64,000 nucleotides of DNA, taken from a virus. Shown in pieces: positions 28,456-37,737 of this stretch. Numbering within the stretch: position 1 is the stretch's first letter; every line of letters starts with the position of its first letter. The notes under the pieces were generated by a model. That model saw only the letters and a list, made by a program, of their open reading frames with translations. It made no database searches and had not been told where the DNA came from. Position numbers and translations under genes: made by a program. The stretch is from positions 35,094 to 99,093 of the IMG/VR virus record IMGVR_UViG_3300002835_007523; one strand, written 5' to 3'.

Positions 28456-28929
28456 ATGCCTGATGTAATTGACAAAATGTTCGGAGAGGTGGGAGAGTTC
28501 TACCCCGGCTCTAAGAAAAAGAGACGTCCAAAGTCAGGTGAACAAAAAAAAGTAAATAACGAAAAAGAACTCTGGCAAGAAAAGCCTCAAGTAAAGAAAC
28601 TTCCAAATGGAAAAGTAGTAGAGCTCTACAGCGTAGGCGCTTTATCTGTTGCATTAGGAAGACCTTTAGTTACTCTTCGTTTATGGGAGAGAAAGGGCTA
28701 TATTCCCAGAGCTCCATACAGACTAAAATCTGTAGTTGTTGGCGATAAAAAGAGGCCAGGCAATCGCATGTATAGCCGTGCTATAATTGAGTCAACAATA
28801 AAGAGTTTTCAATCTCGGGGACTTCTCGAAGCCCCCAGGATTGATTGGAATCGCTTTCCTGATCTTTCAATAGAACTATTGGAGAACTGGACAGAGATTC
28901 ACAAAAAAGAAACTACTAATGACCAATGA
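28456..28929 (+). CDS. MerR-like HTH DNA-binding protein
   Basis: YSVGALSVALGRPLVTLRLWERKGYIP..RMYS. Confidence 0.75.
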   Translation: MPDVIDKMFGEVGEFYPGSKKKRRPKSGEQKKVNNEKELWQEKPQVKKLPNGKVVELYSVGALSVALGRPLVTLRLWERKGYIPRAPYRLKSVVVGDKKRPGNRMYSRAIIESTIKSFQSRGLLEAPRIDWNRFPDLSIELLENWTEIHKKETTNDQ

Positions 28930-28961
28930 TCAATGATCCTATGAAGAAAGGAACCACCCAA

Positions 28962-29672
28962 ATGGGCGTTCAAGCAACAAACTCACTCCGCATCAAAAAA
29001 GATGCACCAAACGTAGATACTTATGTATCTGACATTCAAGAAGACGGCGTACTCGATGAGTCGCTGTTTGAAGAAGAAAATGAAGACGAAACTCCAGAGC
29101 GTTCGTCTGTAATTCAAACAGGATGGGCAGCAGCCCGTCGTTCTGACTCCGCTGACAAATCTTTCACACCAGACTTTAAGTTTGATGAGGATGTTCAGCT
29201 TGTTAAATTCCTATCATCTGAGCCAATGAGCTTCCTACAACACTGGGTACAACGCCCAGGTAAGAAGTCCTTTATTGGTTGGGAGAACGACCCACTATCT
29301 CGTGTAGGAAATAAGCCTGATCGTAAGTTTGCATTTACTGTTGTAAATCTTTCTGACGAAGAGCCAACTGTTCAACTAATGATTGCTGGTGTTCGTTTAG
29401 CTAAGCAGTTAGAGAAGTTGAATTCCGATAAGAGAACCGGCCCAATCGATCGTCCAGATATTTACTGGGCAGTAAGTAAGTCTGGTGTAGGCACCAAGAC
29501 TATTTACCACATTGAGTCTGTAAAAGAACGCGACCTTGCTCAAGACTTTGGTATTGATCCAGTCGCTGCAGGCAAGCTAATCTCAACACTTAAGCCCCTT
29601 GGACCTGAGGCTCTACGTGTATCAACCTCTGCTGAACTAGAGGAAATTGCAAAAGAAATTCTTGCAAGCTAG
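28962..29672 (+). CDS. putative single-stranded DNA-binding protein
   Basis: LVKFL..QHWV..WAVSKSGVGTKTIY gp32-like pattern; precedes polymerase; GAAAGG RBS. Confidence 0.6.
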   Translation: MGVQATNSLRIKKDAPNVDTYVSDIQEDGVLDESLFEEENEDETPERSSVIQTGWAAARRSDSADKSFTPDFKFDEDVQLVKFLSSEPMSFLQHWVQRPGKKSFIGWENDPLSRVGNKPDRKFAFTVVNLSDEEPTVQLMIAGVRLAKQLEKLNSDKRTGPIDRPDIYWAVSKSGVGTKTIYHIESVKERDLAQDFGIDPVAAGKLISTLKPLGPEALRVSTSAELEEIAKEILAS

Positions 29673-29683
29673 TTTAAAAATAT

Positions 29684-29730
29684 TGCTGGGGGGAAGTGGT
29701 TCCCCTCCCCATAGGTAACTCCCCCCAGCA
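29684..29730. promoter_or_regulatory. GC-rich stem-loop in the polA leader
   Basis: TGCTGGGGGGA/TCCCCCCAGCA 11-bp stem, no U tail. Confidence 0.6.
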
Positions 29731-29748
29731 TTCCAAAGAGAGGTTTAT

Positions 29749-31728
29749 ATGAACATTATTACGTCTAAAAAAGATTTAGATAATCTAGTTAAGTACTACT
29801 CTGACATGCCTGCATTTGCTTTTGACGTAGAAACTGTAGGAGATCATAGAGGAGATCCTAGAAGAAATACTATTACTTGGATATCTCTTGCTACTGATGG
29901 ACGAGTAGATGTAATTCCTATGGGACACCCAAACGGTGAGTATCTTCGTACTGAGTACCCCTTACTTGCTTCCGGCTCTTTGCGTGTAGAAAAAGGCCTA
30001 GAACTTAGACCACAGGACTATAGTAAAGACGACAAGAAGGCTGTCCGTATATTTGGAGACCCTCCAACACAGCTTACCCCGGCAGAGGTTTTTTCTGCTC
30101 TTAAGCCTTTACTTAACAGCGATAAGGTAAAGGTTGGCCACAACTTAAAATTTGATTTACAGAGCGTGACTAAGTACATTAAAAACCTTCCTTTGACCCC
30201 ATATTTCTGCACCTTAAATGCTGCCTTTATTTTGGATAACAGAAATAGAAATGCTTTAGGTCTTGATGATTGTTTGAAGAGGGAGTTTGGTTATGAGATG
30301 GTCAAGGGCGTCGGTAAAGAGGTAGAGAAGTACAGTTTTGAAGAGGTCGCTACTTATTCCGGTTTAGATGCTGAATGGACTTGGAAACTCTACAAGAAGT
30401 TTCATGAAGATCTAACTAAGGACGGGTTGATGGGGATATTTAGTCTTGAGATGGATGTTCTTGAGGTCATCTGTAGTATGGAGTTACGTGGGGCTGATAT
30501 CGATGTTGCTCAGCTTGCAAACTTAAAGGTAGATATAGAAAAGCAACTAGAAGATACCAAGGGTCAGATCTACGCTTTAGCAAAGCGTCCTTTTAATATA
30601 AATTCTGTACCAGAAAAACAATCTTTGTTATTTACTCCAAAAAAGGATGGGGGAAGAGGCATACGACCAAAGGTCATGACTCCAGCAGGGCAGAGAAGAA
30701 TTCAAGATGAGGGAAAAGAACCAACTGTTTACGATTTTTCTGTGGCTGAACCGGCTTTAGATCAGTTTAGGGGTAAAGACGAGTTAGTAGATGCTTTGCT
30801 TACATATTCAGATTTAAACAAGCTTATGACTACGTATGTAATGCCATACCTAGGTGGCGACATTACTCGCACTCTTGGTGGAAAGTCTAAAGTTATTGCA
30901 AAAGAAAGTTTGTTGTATAAGGGACGTATACATACCGACTTTGTTCAGTACGGAGCTGAGACCGGTCGTTTCTCGAGTAGAAATCCTAATCTACAAAATG
31001 TACCTGCTCCACACACGTTTAACGGAAAAGCTGTTCGTAACCTTTTTGTTGCTCCACCAGGTCATAAGTTAGTTGTAGCTGACTACTCTCAAATTGAGCC
31101 TCGAATAATTGCATCCTTTAGTCAGGATCGCATTATGTGTGAGGCATATAAAAAGGGAGAAGATATCTATACAACTATCGGAGACACCATGGGAGTAGAT
31201 CGTAAGGCCGGAAAGGTTTTAGTTCTTTCTTTAGCCTATGGAGTAGGTCCGGATAAGATTGCTACAGAAATAGGGTGTTCACTCCCCGATGCAAAAAAGC
31301 TTCTTGACTCTTTTGCTGCCCGATTTCCTTCCGTCAGCAGGTATAAAAAGCTTGTCATATCTGAGAGCAGAAGAAAGTCTCCAGTTCCTTACGTAAGCAC
31401 CATGCTACATAGGCGCCGGTATCTTCCAGATTTGAGATCAAAAGAGATGTGGAAGAGGGCTAGGGCTGAACGTCAGGCTTTTAATACCGTAATTCAAGGG
31501 TCTGCAGCAGACCTTATAAAGGTTGCTATGATACGGGCATTCCATATGATTCCAGATGAGGCAAGCCTAGTGTTAACTGTTCATGACGAGCTCGTAACCG
31601 TTACTCCTGACTATCTGGCGGAAGAAACGGCAGAGGCTATTAGATCTGCAATGGAAGGCATTACTGCTTTAAATGTTCCGGTAATTGCAGATATAACAAT
31701 AGTTCAGAGATGGGGAGAGGCAAAATGA
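29749..31728 (+). CDS. polA: family A DNA polymerase with 3'-5' exonuclease
   Basis: FDVET, GHNLKFD, TGRFSSRNPNLQN, ADYSQIEPR, QGSAAD, VHDE. Confidence 0.96.
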   Translation: MNIITSKKDLDNLVKYYSDMPAFAFDVETVGDHRGDPRRNTITWISLATDGRVDVIPMGHPNGEYLRTEYPLLASGSLRVEKGLELRPQDYSKDDKKAVRIFGDPPTQLTPAEVFSALKPLLNSDKVKVGHNLKFDLQSVTKYIKNLPLTPYFCTLNAAFILDNRNRNALGLDDCLKREFGYEMVKGVGKEVEKYSFEEVATYSGLDAEWTWKLYKKFHEDLTKDGLMGIFSLEMDVLEVICSMELRGADIDVAQLANLKVDIEKQLEDTKGQIYALAKRPFNINSVPEKQSLLFTPKKDGGRGIRPKVMTPAGQRRIQDEGKEPTVYDFSVAEPALDQFRGKDELVDALLTYSDLNKLMTTYVMPYLGGDITRTLGGKSKVIAKESLLYKGRIHTDFVQYGAETGRFSSRNPNLQNVPAPHTFNGKAVRNLFVAPPGHKLVVADYSQIEPRIIASFSQDRIMCEAYKKGEDIYTTIGDTMGVDRKAGKVLVLSLAYGVGPDKIATEIGCSLPDAKKLLDSFAARFPSVSRYKKLVISESRRKSPVPYVSTMLHRRRYLPDLRSKEMWKRARAERQAFNTVIQGSAADLIKVAMIRAFHMIPDEASLVLTVHDELVTVTPDYLAEETAEAIRSAMEGITALNVPVIADITIVQRWGEAK

Positions 31729-32201
31729 GTTGGTTTAGAAGAAAGAAACGTCGTAAGATAGAAACTCGTATTATAGATGTGCCACTACCTATACTCATTA
31801 GACAAAATGTCTATGACTCTGTATTTGATGATGTAGAGCTTATATCCAATCGTATGGGGTTACCCCCAATATCTGCTGAAGTTTCGGATATGGAAAAAGA
31901 TGCAAGCTTCAATAGGATCTCTAGATTTTCTCCACTTTTGCCATTCATAGATGCCCACGCAGATATATCTGCTCGTGTATCCGCCACAGCTTATCTTTTA
32001 ACCCTTAGTGATGGAGATGAAGATAGGGATCTTCTTGAGAAAGAACTAGAAGAAATAATTTCTTTATTTAAGCTAGTTTCTGTTTCAGCGTCTGTATCCT
32101 GCATATCCACTCTTTTAAATCTAGGGTTATTAGACACTGATGTGGTGCCAAAAGACGACGAAATTACTCTTGAAGAAATGTACTTGGAGGAAGAACAATG
32201 A
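31725..32201 (+). CDS. hypothetical protein
   Basis: ATGA overlap with polA. Confidence 0.75.
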   Translation: MSWFRRKKRRKIETRIIDVPLPILIRQNVYDSVFDDVELISNRMGLPPISAEVSDMEKDASFNRISRFSPLLPFIDAHADISARVSATAYLLTLSDGDEDRDLLEKELEEIISLFKLVSVSASVSCISTLLNLGLLDTDVVPKDDEITLEEMYLEEEQ

Positions 32202-32581
32202 CAAACGCAGACTGGTATGCAAAAAAACTAAGCCAACAACCTCGGCCTTCTATGCCGCCAAGCGCTCCCCCTCAACCTCGTGTATACAGTCATACGCCTG
32301 GAAATCCAAATATTCCCGTAACTTATGATCAAAATAGCGATCAACTAGTCACTAAAGCACAAAGCGCAAGACAAGTTGACAGGTGTCCTGGATGTAATTC
32401 TGGAAATTATATGGCACCGACAGGTACTAATCTGAAGCGTTGCTATGACTGTGGATACCCACTAGTTCAGGCTGGAACAGGAGTTGGTGTTCCTACAGAT
32501 GGTGCACCCGCAAGACCTGCTAAGCAACCTGCTGTAGGATCTGGATTTAACCCAAACGTAATCGTAGATAGGATCGGATGA
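32198..32581 (+). CDS. Pro-rich zinc-ribbon protein
   Basis: CPGC..CYDC. Confidence 0.75.
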   Translation: MTNADWYAKKLSQQPRPSMPPSAPPQPRVYSHTPGNPNIPVTYDQNSDQLVTKAQSARQVDRCPGCNSGNYMAPTGTNLKRCYDCGYPLVQAGTGVGVPTDGAPARPAKQPAVGSGFNPNVIVDRIG

Positions 32582-33642
32582 TGCCCGTGATAAGCGCAGA
32601 CGTATTAAAAGTAGTTGCAAATCTAAACAAGAAGTTAGGACCTAATACTGTGGTTCCTGCAAGCACTGTTCAAATGCCAAAGAGAATAACATCAGGATCC
32701 TTAACTCTAGATGTAGTTCTTGGTGGCGGATGGCCAATGAATCACTGGGTAGAGATTGTTGGAGAGGCTTCTCATGGAAAAACTGCTATAGCACTTAAGA
32801 CTATTGCAGCTAATCAAGCTTTAGATCCAAACTTTACTGTTATATGGATTGCTGCAGAACAGTTTGATTCTGGTTATGCAGAGATGTGTGGAGTTGACAC
32901 AGAACGTGTCATTCTTGTAGAAACTAATAGCATGGAGGATGCATTCGATGCGGTTATTCAATTTTGCGAGAGTAAAGCGATTGATATGGTGGTCGTTGAT
33001 TCTCTCCCTGCCCTGGTTCCTAGCGCAGAAGATGAAAAAACAATGGATGAATTTACTGTTGGACGAGGAGCCCTTATCACCAACAAGTTTTTCAGAAAAG
33101 TGGGAGGAGCAACAAAGCGAGACTTGGTAGAGGCCGAGCGCCCAATGCTTGGAATTATTATTAACCAGTACCGAATGAAGATCGGAGTAATGCATGGGGA
33201 TCCGCGAACTACGCCGGGTGGACTTGGAAAAGATTACGCTTATTCAATCCGTTGTGAAGTCAAGAGAGACGAATGGCTTGAGGTCGGTACTGGGCAAGAT
33301 AAGCGACGTGTTGGGCAAACTATTCGCGTAAGAACCATTAAAAACAAGACTTTCCCCCCTCAGCAGACTGCTTATCTTGACTTCTACTTCTCGGATGGAG
33401 GAGTTATTGATAAAGGAGGGTATGATAAGGGCAAGGAAATTGTGGCTTTGGCCCTACTCAACGGCATCGTTGAGCGAAGAGGTGGCTGGATGTACTACAA
33501 GGACCGCAAATGGCAAGGAGCTCAAGCATTGATTGACTCTCTTCGTGAAGAGATTGATCTTGCTCAAGAGATAAGCAAGGCTGTTCTTGACTCGCTACGT
33601 ACTAGTCCTCTGATTGAAATGACTTCAGTGGATGAAGACTGA
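32578..33642 (+). CDS. recA: RecA-family recombinase
   Basis: GEASHGKT, VVVDS, INQYRMKIGVMHGDPRTTPGG. Confidence 0.95.
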   Translation: MMPVISADVLKVVANLNKKLGPNTVVPASTVQMPKRITSGSLTLDVVLGGGWPMNHWVEIVGEASHGKTAIALKTIAANQALDPNFTVIWIAAEQFDSGYAEMCGVDTERVILVETNSMEDAFDAVIQFCESKAIDMVVVDSLPALVPSAEDEKTMDEFTVGRGALITNKFFRKVGGATKRDLVEAERPMLGIIINQYRMKIGVMHGDPRTTPGGLGKDYAYSIRCEVKRDEWLEVGTGQDKRRVGQTIRVRTIKNKTFPPQQTAYLDFYFSDGGVIDKGGYDKGKEIVALALLNGIVERRGGWMYYKDRKWQGAQALIDSLREEIDLAQEISKAVLDSLRTSPLIEMTSVDED

Positions 33643-33949
33643 GGGACAAAAGCAGTCTAGAAAACATGAGAATAGACTAGCCAAACTAGTTGATGGTAAG
33701 CGTACAGCTGCGTCTGGAGCTTTTTGGTCACGGAAGGGTGACGTCCGAAACGATGATCTATTAATAGAGCATAAGTGGACGGGTAAAAAACAAGTAACCA
33801 TAAAGTCCGAAGTTCTTAAGAAGATTACTAAGGAAGCAATACTAGACAGTCGAATGCCTGTCTTAGGTATTCACTTAGACGGGGAGAACTACGTGATATT
33901 GGGAGAGGAGGATTTCTTTGAATTACGTAATACTATCCGAGGTGAATAA
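33632..33949 (+). CDS. PD-(D/E)xK nuclease, Holliday junction resolvase-like
   Basis: HENRLAK..SGA..KGDV..IEHK. Confidence 0.75.
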   Translation: MKTEGQKQSRKHENRLAKLVDGKRTAASGAFWSRKGDVRNDDLLIEHKWTGKKQVTIKSEVLKKITKEAILDSRMPVLGIHLDGENYVILGEEDFFELRNTIRGE

Positions 33950-34267
33950 TTGGAAATTGACAATCAAGTCCCATGGGCTTGGCGCTATGAGGCAAAGTGT
34001 CGTGGCGAAGACACTGAACTCTTTTTTCCACCACGAGACAAGGAACTGTACAAGCCGATAGCAGATTCTGCTAAGGCTATCTGTTGGGGTAGGGATGGAC
34101 GTCCAGAGTGTCCGGTGAGAAAAGAGTGTTTAAAAGAAGCTATAAAAAACGACGAGCTTCATGGAATTTTTGGTGGCATGAGTCACCGAGAAAGAAATGC
34201 GCTTAAAAGAAAATATACTAGACTGGGATACACTCTAGAGGAATGGTTAGATGAAAGGGAGCCTTAG
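33950..34267 (+). CDS. whiB: WhiB-family protein, variant
   Basis: AKCRGEDTELFFP..AKAIC(x8)CPVRKEC..GIFGG. Confidence 0.88.
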   Translation: MEIDNQVPWAWRYEAKCRGEDTELFFPPRDKELYKPIADSAKAICWGRDGRPECPVRKECLKEAIKNDELHGIFGGMSHRERNALKRKYTRLGYTLEEWLDEREP

Positions 34268-35124
34268 TGAGAAAGTATGCGGTTACAAGTACGGAGTTAA
34301 AAAACTTCTTATCTGCGACTAAAAAAGATACTAGGTTGATGGGGGCCGTAGAACGTCACATACTCTCTAGACCCGCCGATCCACGTGATCGAAAGGTAAT
34401 ACATCCCTCTGAGTTTATAAAAGACGACTGGTGTAAGCGTGCTGCTTACTATGCTCTTAAGGGCCAGTATGTAGAGACTTCAGATAAGCCTACTCTTAGA
34501 AAACAATCTATCTTTGATGAGGGGCACGCAATCCACGCTAAGTGGCAAGGTTACCTTAGAGATATGGGTGTTTTATATGGCCTATGGTCTACCGGTTCTT
34601 GGGACCTTTCTGCCAATGTAAAAAAGAGCGCAAAGTATAAAGAAGTTCCCCTAAGAAGTGACCGTTACATGATTTCAGGTCATTCTGACGGCTGGATAAA
34701 GGGTTTAGGAGAAGACTTTCTTATAGAAATTAAATCAATAGGAACTGGGACTATTAGGATGGAAGCGCCCAGCTTACTTACCGGCGACATAGAAAGCTCT
34801 TGGAAAAACATACGAAATCCATTTCCTTCTCACATATTGCAGGGTCAGGTTTATCTACATCTTGCTCACCTTATGGTTGAGGAGGGTATCTTGGAGTCAG
34901 CACCAAACGAGATAGTCTTTATATATGAACTAAAAGCAAATCAAGATTACAAAGAATTTGCTGTAGCTTATTCTCCAGACTCCGTGGCGCACCTTTTTGA
35001 TGCTGCACTTGACGTAGCCTGGGCTGTAGACAATAATCGTCCACCATCATGCTCTGTAGCTCCAAAGAGGGGTTACTGCAAAAAGTGTGAGCCATACAAG
35101 GAGGCAACTGATGTCACTAAGTAG
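34267..35124 (+). CDS. Cas4/RecB-like exonuclease
   Basis: HPSE..WCKR, GHAIH, GHSDG, IEIKS, QxxxY, C-terminal CxxC. Confidence 0.85.
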   Translation: MRKYAVTSTELKNFLSATKKDTRLMGAVERHILSRPADPRDRKVIHPSEFIKDDWCKRAAYYALKGQYVETSDKPTLRKQSIFDEGHAIHAKWQGYLRDMGVLYGLWSTGSWDLSANVKKSAKYKEVPLRSDRYMISGHSDGWIKGLGEDFLIEIKSIGTGTIRMEAPSLLTGDIESSWKNIRNPFPSHILQGQVYLHLAHLMVEEGILESAPNEIVFIYELKANQDYKEFAVAYSPDSVAHLFDAALDVAWAVDNNRPPSCSVAPKRGYCKKCEPYKEATDVTK

Positions 35125-35593
35125 GAAGGTTACAGAATCTCTTTTAGAGCTTGGCTTTACTTTATCTCCAAAGCCTAAGTATGAAATACCCGAGTTACCT
35201 AGAGATATAACAATGCTAGATGATGAGGGGTTGATGGATCTTTTTGTTCAGTTTACTCAATGGAATGATCATCTCTCCGGTATTAGAGCTGTTGCTGTGA
35301 TTAATGAGAGAGAAGCAGAGCGTTCTTTAGATACACGAGAAGCTCAGCTAATGCTTGAGGCCTGGGCAGAGGGCAGCAAACAAACAGTTACTTTACAAAA
35401 AGCCGCGCTTGCAGCTAACCCAGAGATTGTCTCTTTAAAGGATGAGGTTGACACCAAGTATGCCTATAGAAAAATTATAGAGACTAGGGCTGAAACTGTG
35501 GAGCGCGATTCTCAGGTAGTATCCAGAGAGTTGACTCGTAGAACTTCAGAGATCTCTGGATTTAGGGCTAGAACAAGGAAATTTACAACATGA
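35111..35593 (+). CDS. helical protein, possible recombination mediator (UvsY-like)
   Basis: Helical, ends VVSRELTRR; in recombination cluster. Confidence 0.5.
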   Translation: MSLSRKVTESLLELGFTLSPKPKYEIPELPRDITMLDDEGLMDLFVQFTQWNDHLSGIRAVAVINEREAERSLDTREAQLMLEAWAEGSKQTVTLQKAALAANPEIVSLKDEVDTKYAYRKIIETRAETVERDSQVVSRELTRRTSEISGFRARTRKFTT

Positions 35594-36123
35594 TTATCGG
35601 GCTTACTGGATACGCAAGAACTGGAAAAGACACTGTTGCTTCGGTATTAGTAAAAGATTTTGGCTTTGAGAGGATTGCTTTTGCTGATCCTATTCGAGAA
35701 TTGCTTTATGAACTTAATCCTAAAGTTAATGGGATATACCTCCGAGAGATGGTAGAAGAGCACGGTTGGGAAATAACTAAGAGTCAGATGGAAGTACGAC
35801 GACTTTTGCAAGATTTAGGGATAGGTGCTCGTAAGGTTTTTGGCTCTACTTTTTGGGTAGAGAGGGCTATGTTTAAAATGTCTATAGATAAGAATTATGT
35901 GATAACTGATGTGCGGTTTAGAAATGAAGCCGACGCAATTCGTAGTCTTCCATCTAAAATCTGGAGAATTCAGCGAAGCGGGGTTGTTGCAATAAATGAT
36001 CACGTTTCTGAACATGACATGGATTATTATAACGTGGACTATACGTTAATTAATGAGGGGCCAATAGAGTATCTGTCTATTCTTGTGCATGAGCAGATGG
36101 AGTTACTTGGTGTCAAGAAGTAA
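35590..36123 (+). CDS. deoxynucleoside monophosphate kinase
   Basis: GYARTGKDT, FADPIR, RRLLQDLG, ITDVRFRNE, HVSE. Confidence 0.92.
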   Translation: MIIGLTGYARTGKDTVASVLVKDFGFERIAFADPIRELLYELNPKVNGIYLREMVEEHGWEITKSQMEVRRLLQDLGIGARKVFGSTFWVERAMFKMSIDKNYVITDVRFRNEADAIRSLPSKIWRIQRSGVVAINDHVSEHDMDYYNVDYTLINEGPIEYLSILVHEQMELLGVKK

Positions 36124-36694
36124 TCCTAAAATAATTGACGGTGGATTATCCTTAGACGATCCTTGCGATAAATATGTGGGCATTGATCAGTCATATAGCG
36201 GGTTTGCTATAACTGTTTTATCTGCAAAAGGTACATTTCATACTGAGGTGTTTGAGGCGCCAGGCCGTGGTGTAGACCGCCTATCTGCCATTCAGCTTTT
36301 TATTGGGGACTTATTGGGTGAAAGAACTACTAATGTAAAGGGTTCTGCCATGGAAGGATATGCCTACGGAGCACAGATGGCCCATATGGCTGGAGAGCTT
36401 GGTGGCTTAGTAAAGATAGAGTTAAAGTGCTGGCTTTATTACGAAGATAATGCAAAATACCCCCTAATAATTCCACCCGCTATGTTAAAAAAGTACGTTA
36501 CGGGTAAGGGACAAGGGGTAAAAAAGAATCAAATACTCCTTAGTGTGTATAAAAAATGGGGGGTAGAGTTTATGGATGACAACGCTGCCGACTCATATGC
36601 CCTGGCTAGAATAGCTGCCGGTATAGCTGATTTAGAGTATGAGAAAGAGATAATAACAAAGACTTTAGACCCCAAATATAGGGAAAAACCCTGA
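36110..36694 (+). CDS. ruvC: RuvC-like Holliday junction resolvase
   Basis: VGIDQS, MEGY, LKKYVTGKG..K, DNAADS; start uncertain. Confidence 0.85.
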   Translation: MSRSNPKIIDGGLSLDDPCDKYVGIDQSYSGFAITVLSAKGTFHTEVFEAPGRGVDRLSAIQLFIGDLLGERTTNVKGSAMEGYAYGAQMAHMAGELGGLVKIELKCWLYYEDNAKYPLIIPPAMLKKYVTGKGQGVKKNQILLSVYKKWGVEFMDDNAADSYALARIAAGIADLEYEKEIITKTLDPKYREKP

Positions 36695-36742
36695 TACTAG
36701 TTCCTGAGGGCTCACACTAATTCGATCCCAAAGGAATAAAAA

Positions 36743-37024
36743 TTGACTACGGCACAAGAAGAAGAAAAGTTTTTACGCGTTGGGGCAGGTTCCAACGCTC
36801 AGTCAGTAGGCTCAGCAATTGCTCATGCCTTATACGAATCTCCACAGGTTAAGCTGCGAGCTGTTGGCGCATCAGCTGTAAATCAAGCTGTAAAAGCCAT
36901 CGCTATAGCCAGCGGTTACGTAGCCCCACGGGGAATGAGGTTAGCCTGTATCCCAGGATTTACCACTGTTGACTCCAGAGACGGACAAATCTCTGCGATT
37001 GTCTTTACAATCTTTGTTAATTAA
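36743..37024 (+). CDS. spoVS: SpoVS-family (Alba-like) protein
   Basis: SVGSAIA..LRAVGASAVNQAVKAIAIA.G..IPGF..ISAI. Confidence 0.88.
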   Translation: MTTAQEEEKFLRVGAGSNAQSVGSAIAHALYESPQVKLRAVGASAVNQAVKAIAIASGYVAPRGMRLACIPGFTTVDSRDGQISAIVFTIFVN

Positions 37025-37065
37025 AGTACCCTTAAGGTGAGATCTCAACTCGAAAAGGAATAATT

Positions 37066-37422
37066 ATGGCCAAATCATCAATTCCAAGCCCAGATGAGGC
37101 ATTGGCAGGAATGGCAAACTCTGGACGTACCCCAATGGGCAAGTCTGGTGCAAGCTTTACCTCACCATCTGCATCACCTAAGGCCGGTAAGCTTGTGAAG
37201 AAAACGGGAAACGCTAAAGGCGCAACCGATCCATATGCTCAACCAGTAGGCATTAGAAAGAATGTGCCAGATACTCACGGCGCAAGCTACGGTGTCCGAG
37301 CACGCTACATGCGTCAGACCTCTCCAGAAGCTGGGGCAACTCAGGCAAATGGACGAATGTTCAAGTCTGTAGTTAATAGGACAAACCCTAACTTTGAAGC
37401 GGGAAATAGCACGTCCTACTAA
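37066..37422 (+). CDS. hypothetical basic protein
   Basis: 118 aa, AAAGGA RBS. Confidence 0.75.
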   Translation: MAKSSIPSPDEALAGMANSGRTPMGKSGASFTSPSASPKAGKLVKKTGNAKGATDPYAQPVGIRKNVPDTHGASYGVRARYMRQTSPEAGATQANGRMFKSVVNRTNPNFEAGNSTSY

Positions 37423-37435
37423 AAGTGTGTATAGT

Positions 37436-37477
37436 AAGGCCGGTGTGGGGAACTACCTCATACCGGCTTTATGTTTT
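37436..37477 (+). terminator. probable intrinsic terminator
   Basis: AAGGCCGGTGTGGGG-AACTA-CCTCATACCGGCTTT then T-rich. Confidence 0.65.
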
Positions 37478-37491
37478 ACTGGGAGAAATAT

Positions 37492-37737
37492 ATGATCGGC
37501 AAAGCGTTTGCAGACTTTAAGCAACAGCAGGGACTAGATAAAAAGCGCTGTATAGTTGGTTCGTGGGTAGACTCTTTGAACGAAGAGGACAGAAAAGAAA
37601 TTAACACAATATTTTTTGATGATGGAGTATCAACAGCAAAGCTTCTTTCTTTTCTAAAAACGATTAATATAGACTCATTTAGTAATGAGGCGTTACGTAA
37701 ACATAGAGTAGGCGGATGTTCATGTCAGACAGCATAA
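37492..37737 (+). CDS. hypothetical protein
   Basis: GGGAG RBS; ends HRVGGCSC. Confidence 0.7.
   Translation: MIGKAFADFKQQQGLDKKRCIVGSWVDSLNEEDRKEINTIFFDDGVSTAKLLSFLKTINIDSFSNEALRKHRVGGCSCQTA

Noticed and set aside
34267-35124. CRISPR-Cas system
   Set aside because: Stand-alone Cas4-like nuclease in a recombination block; no other cas genes or repeat-spacer array seen.
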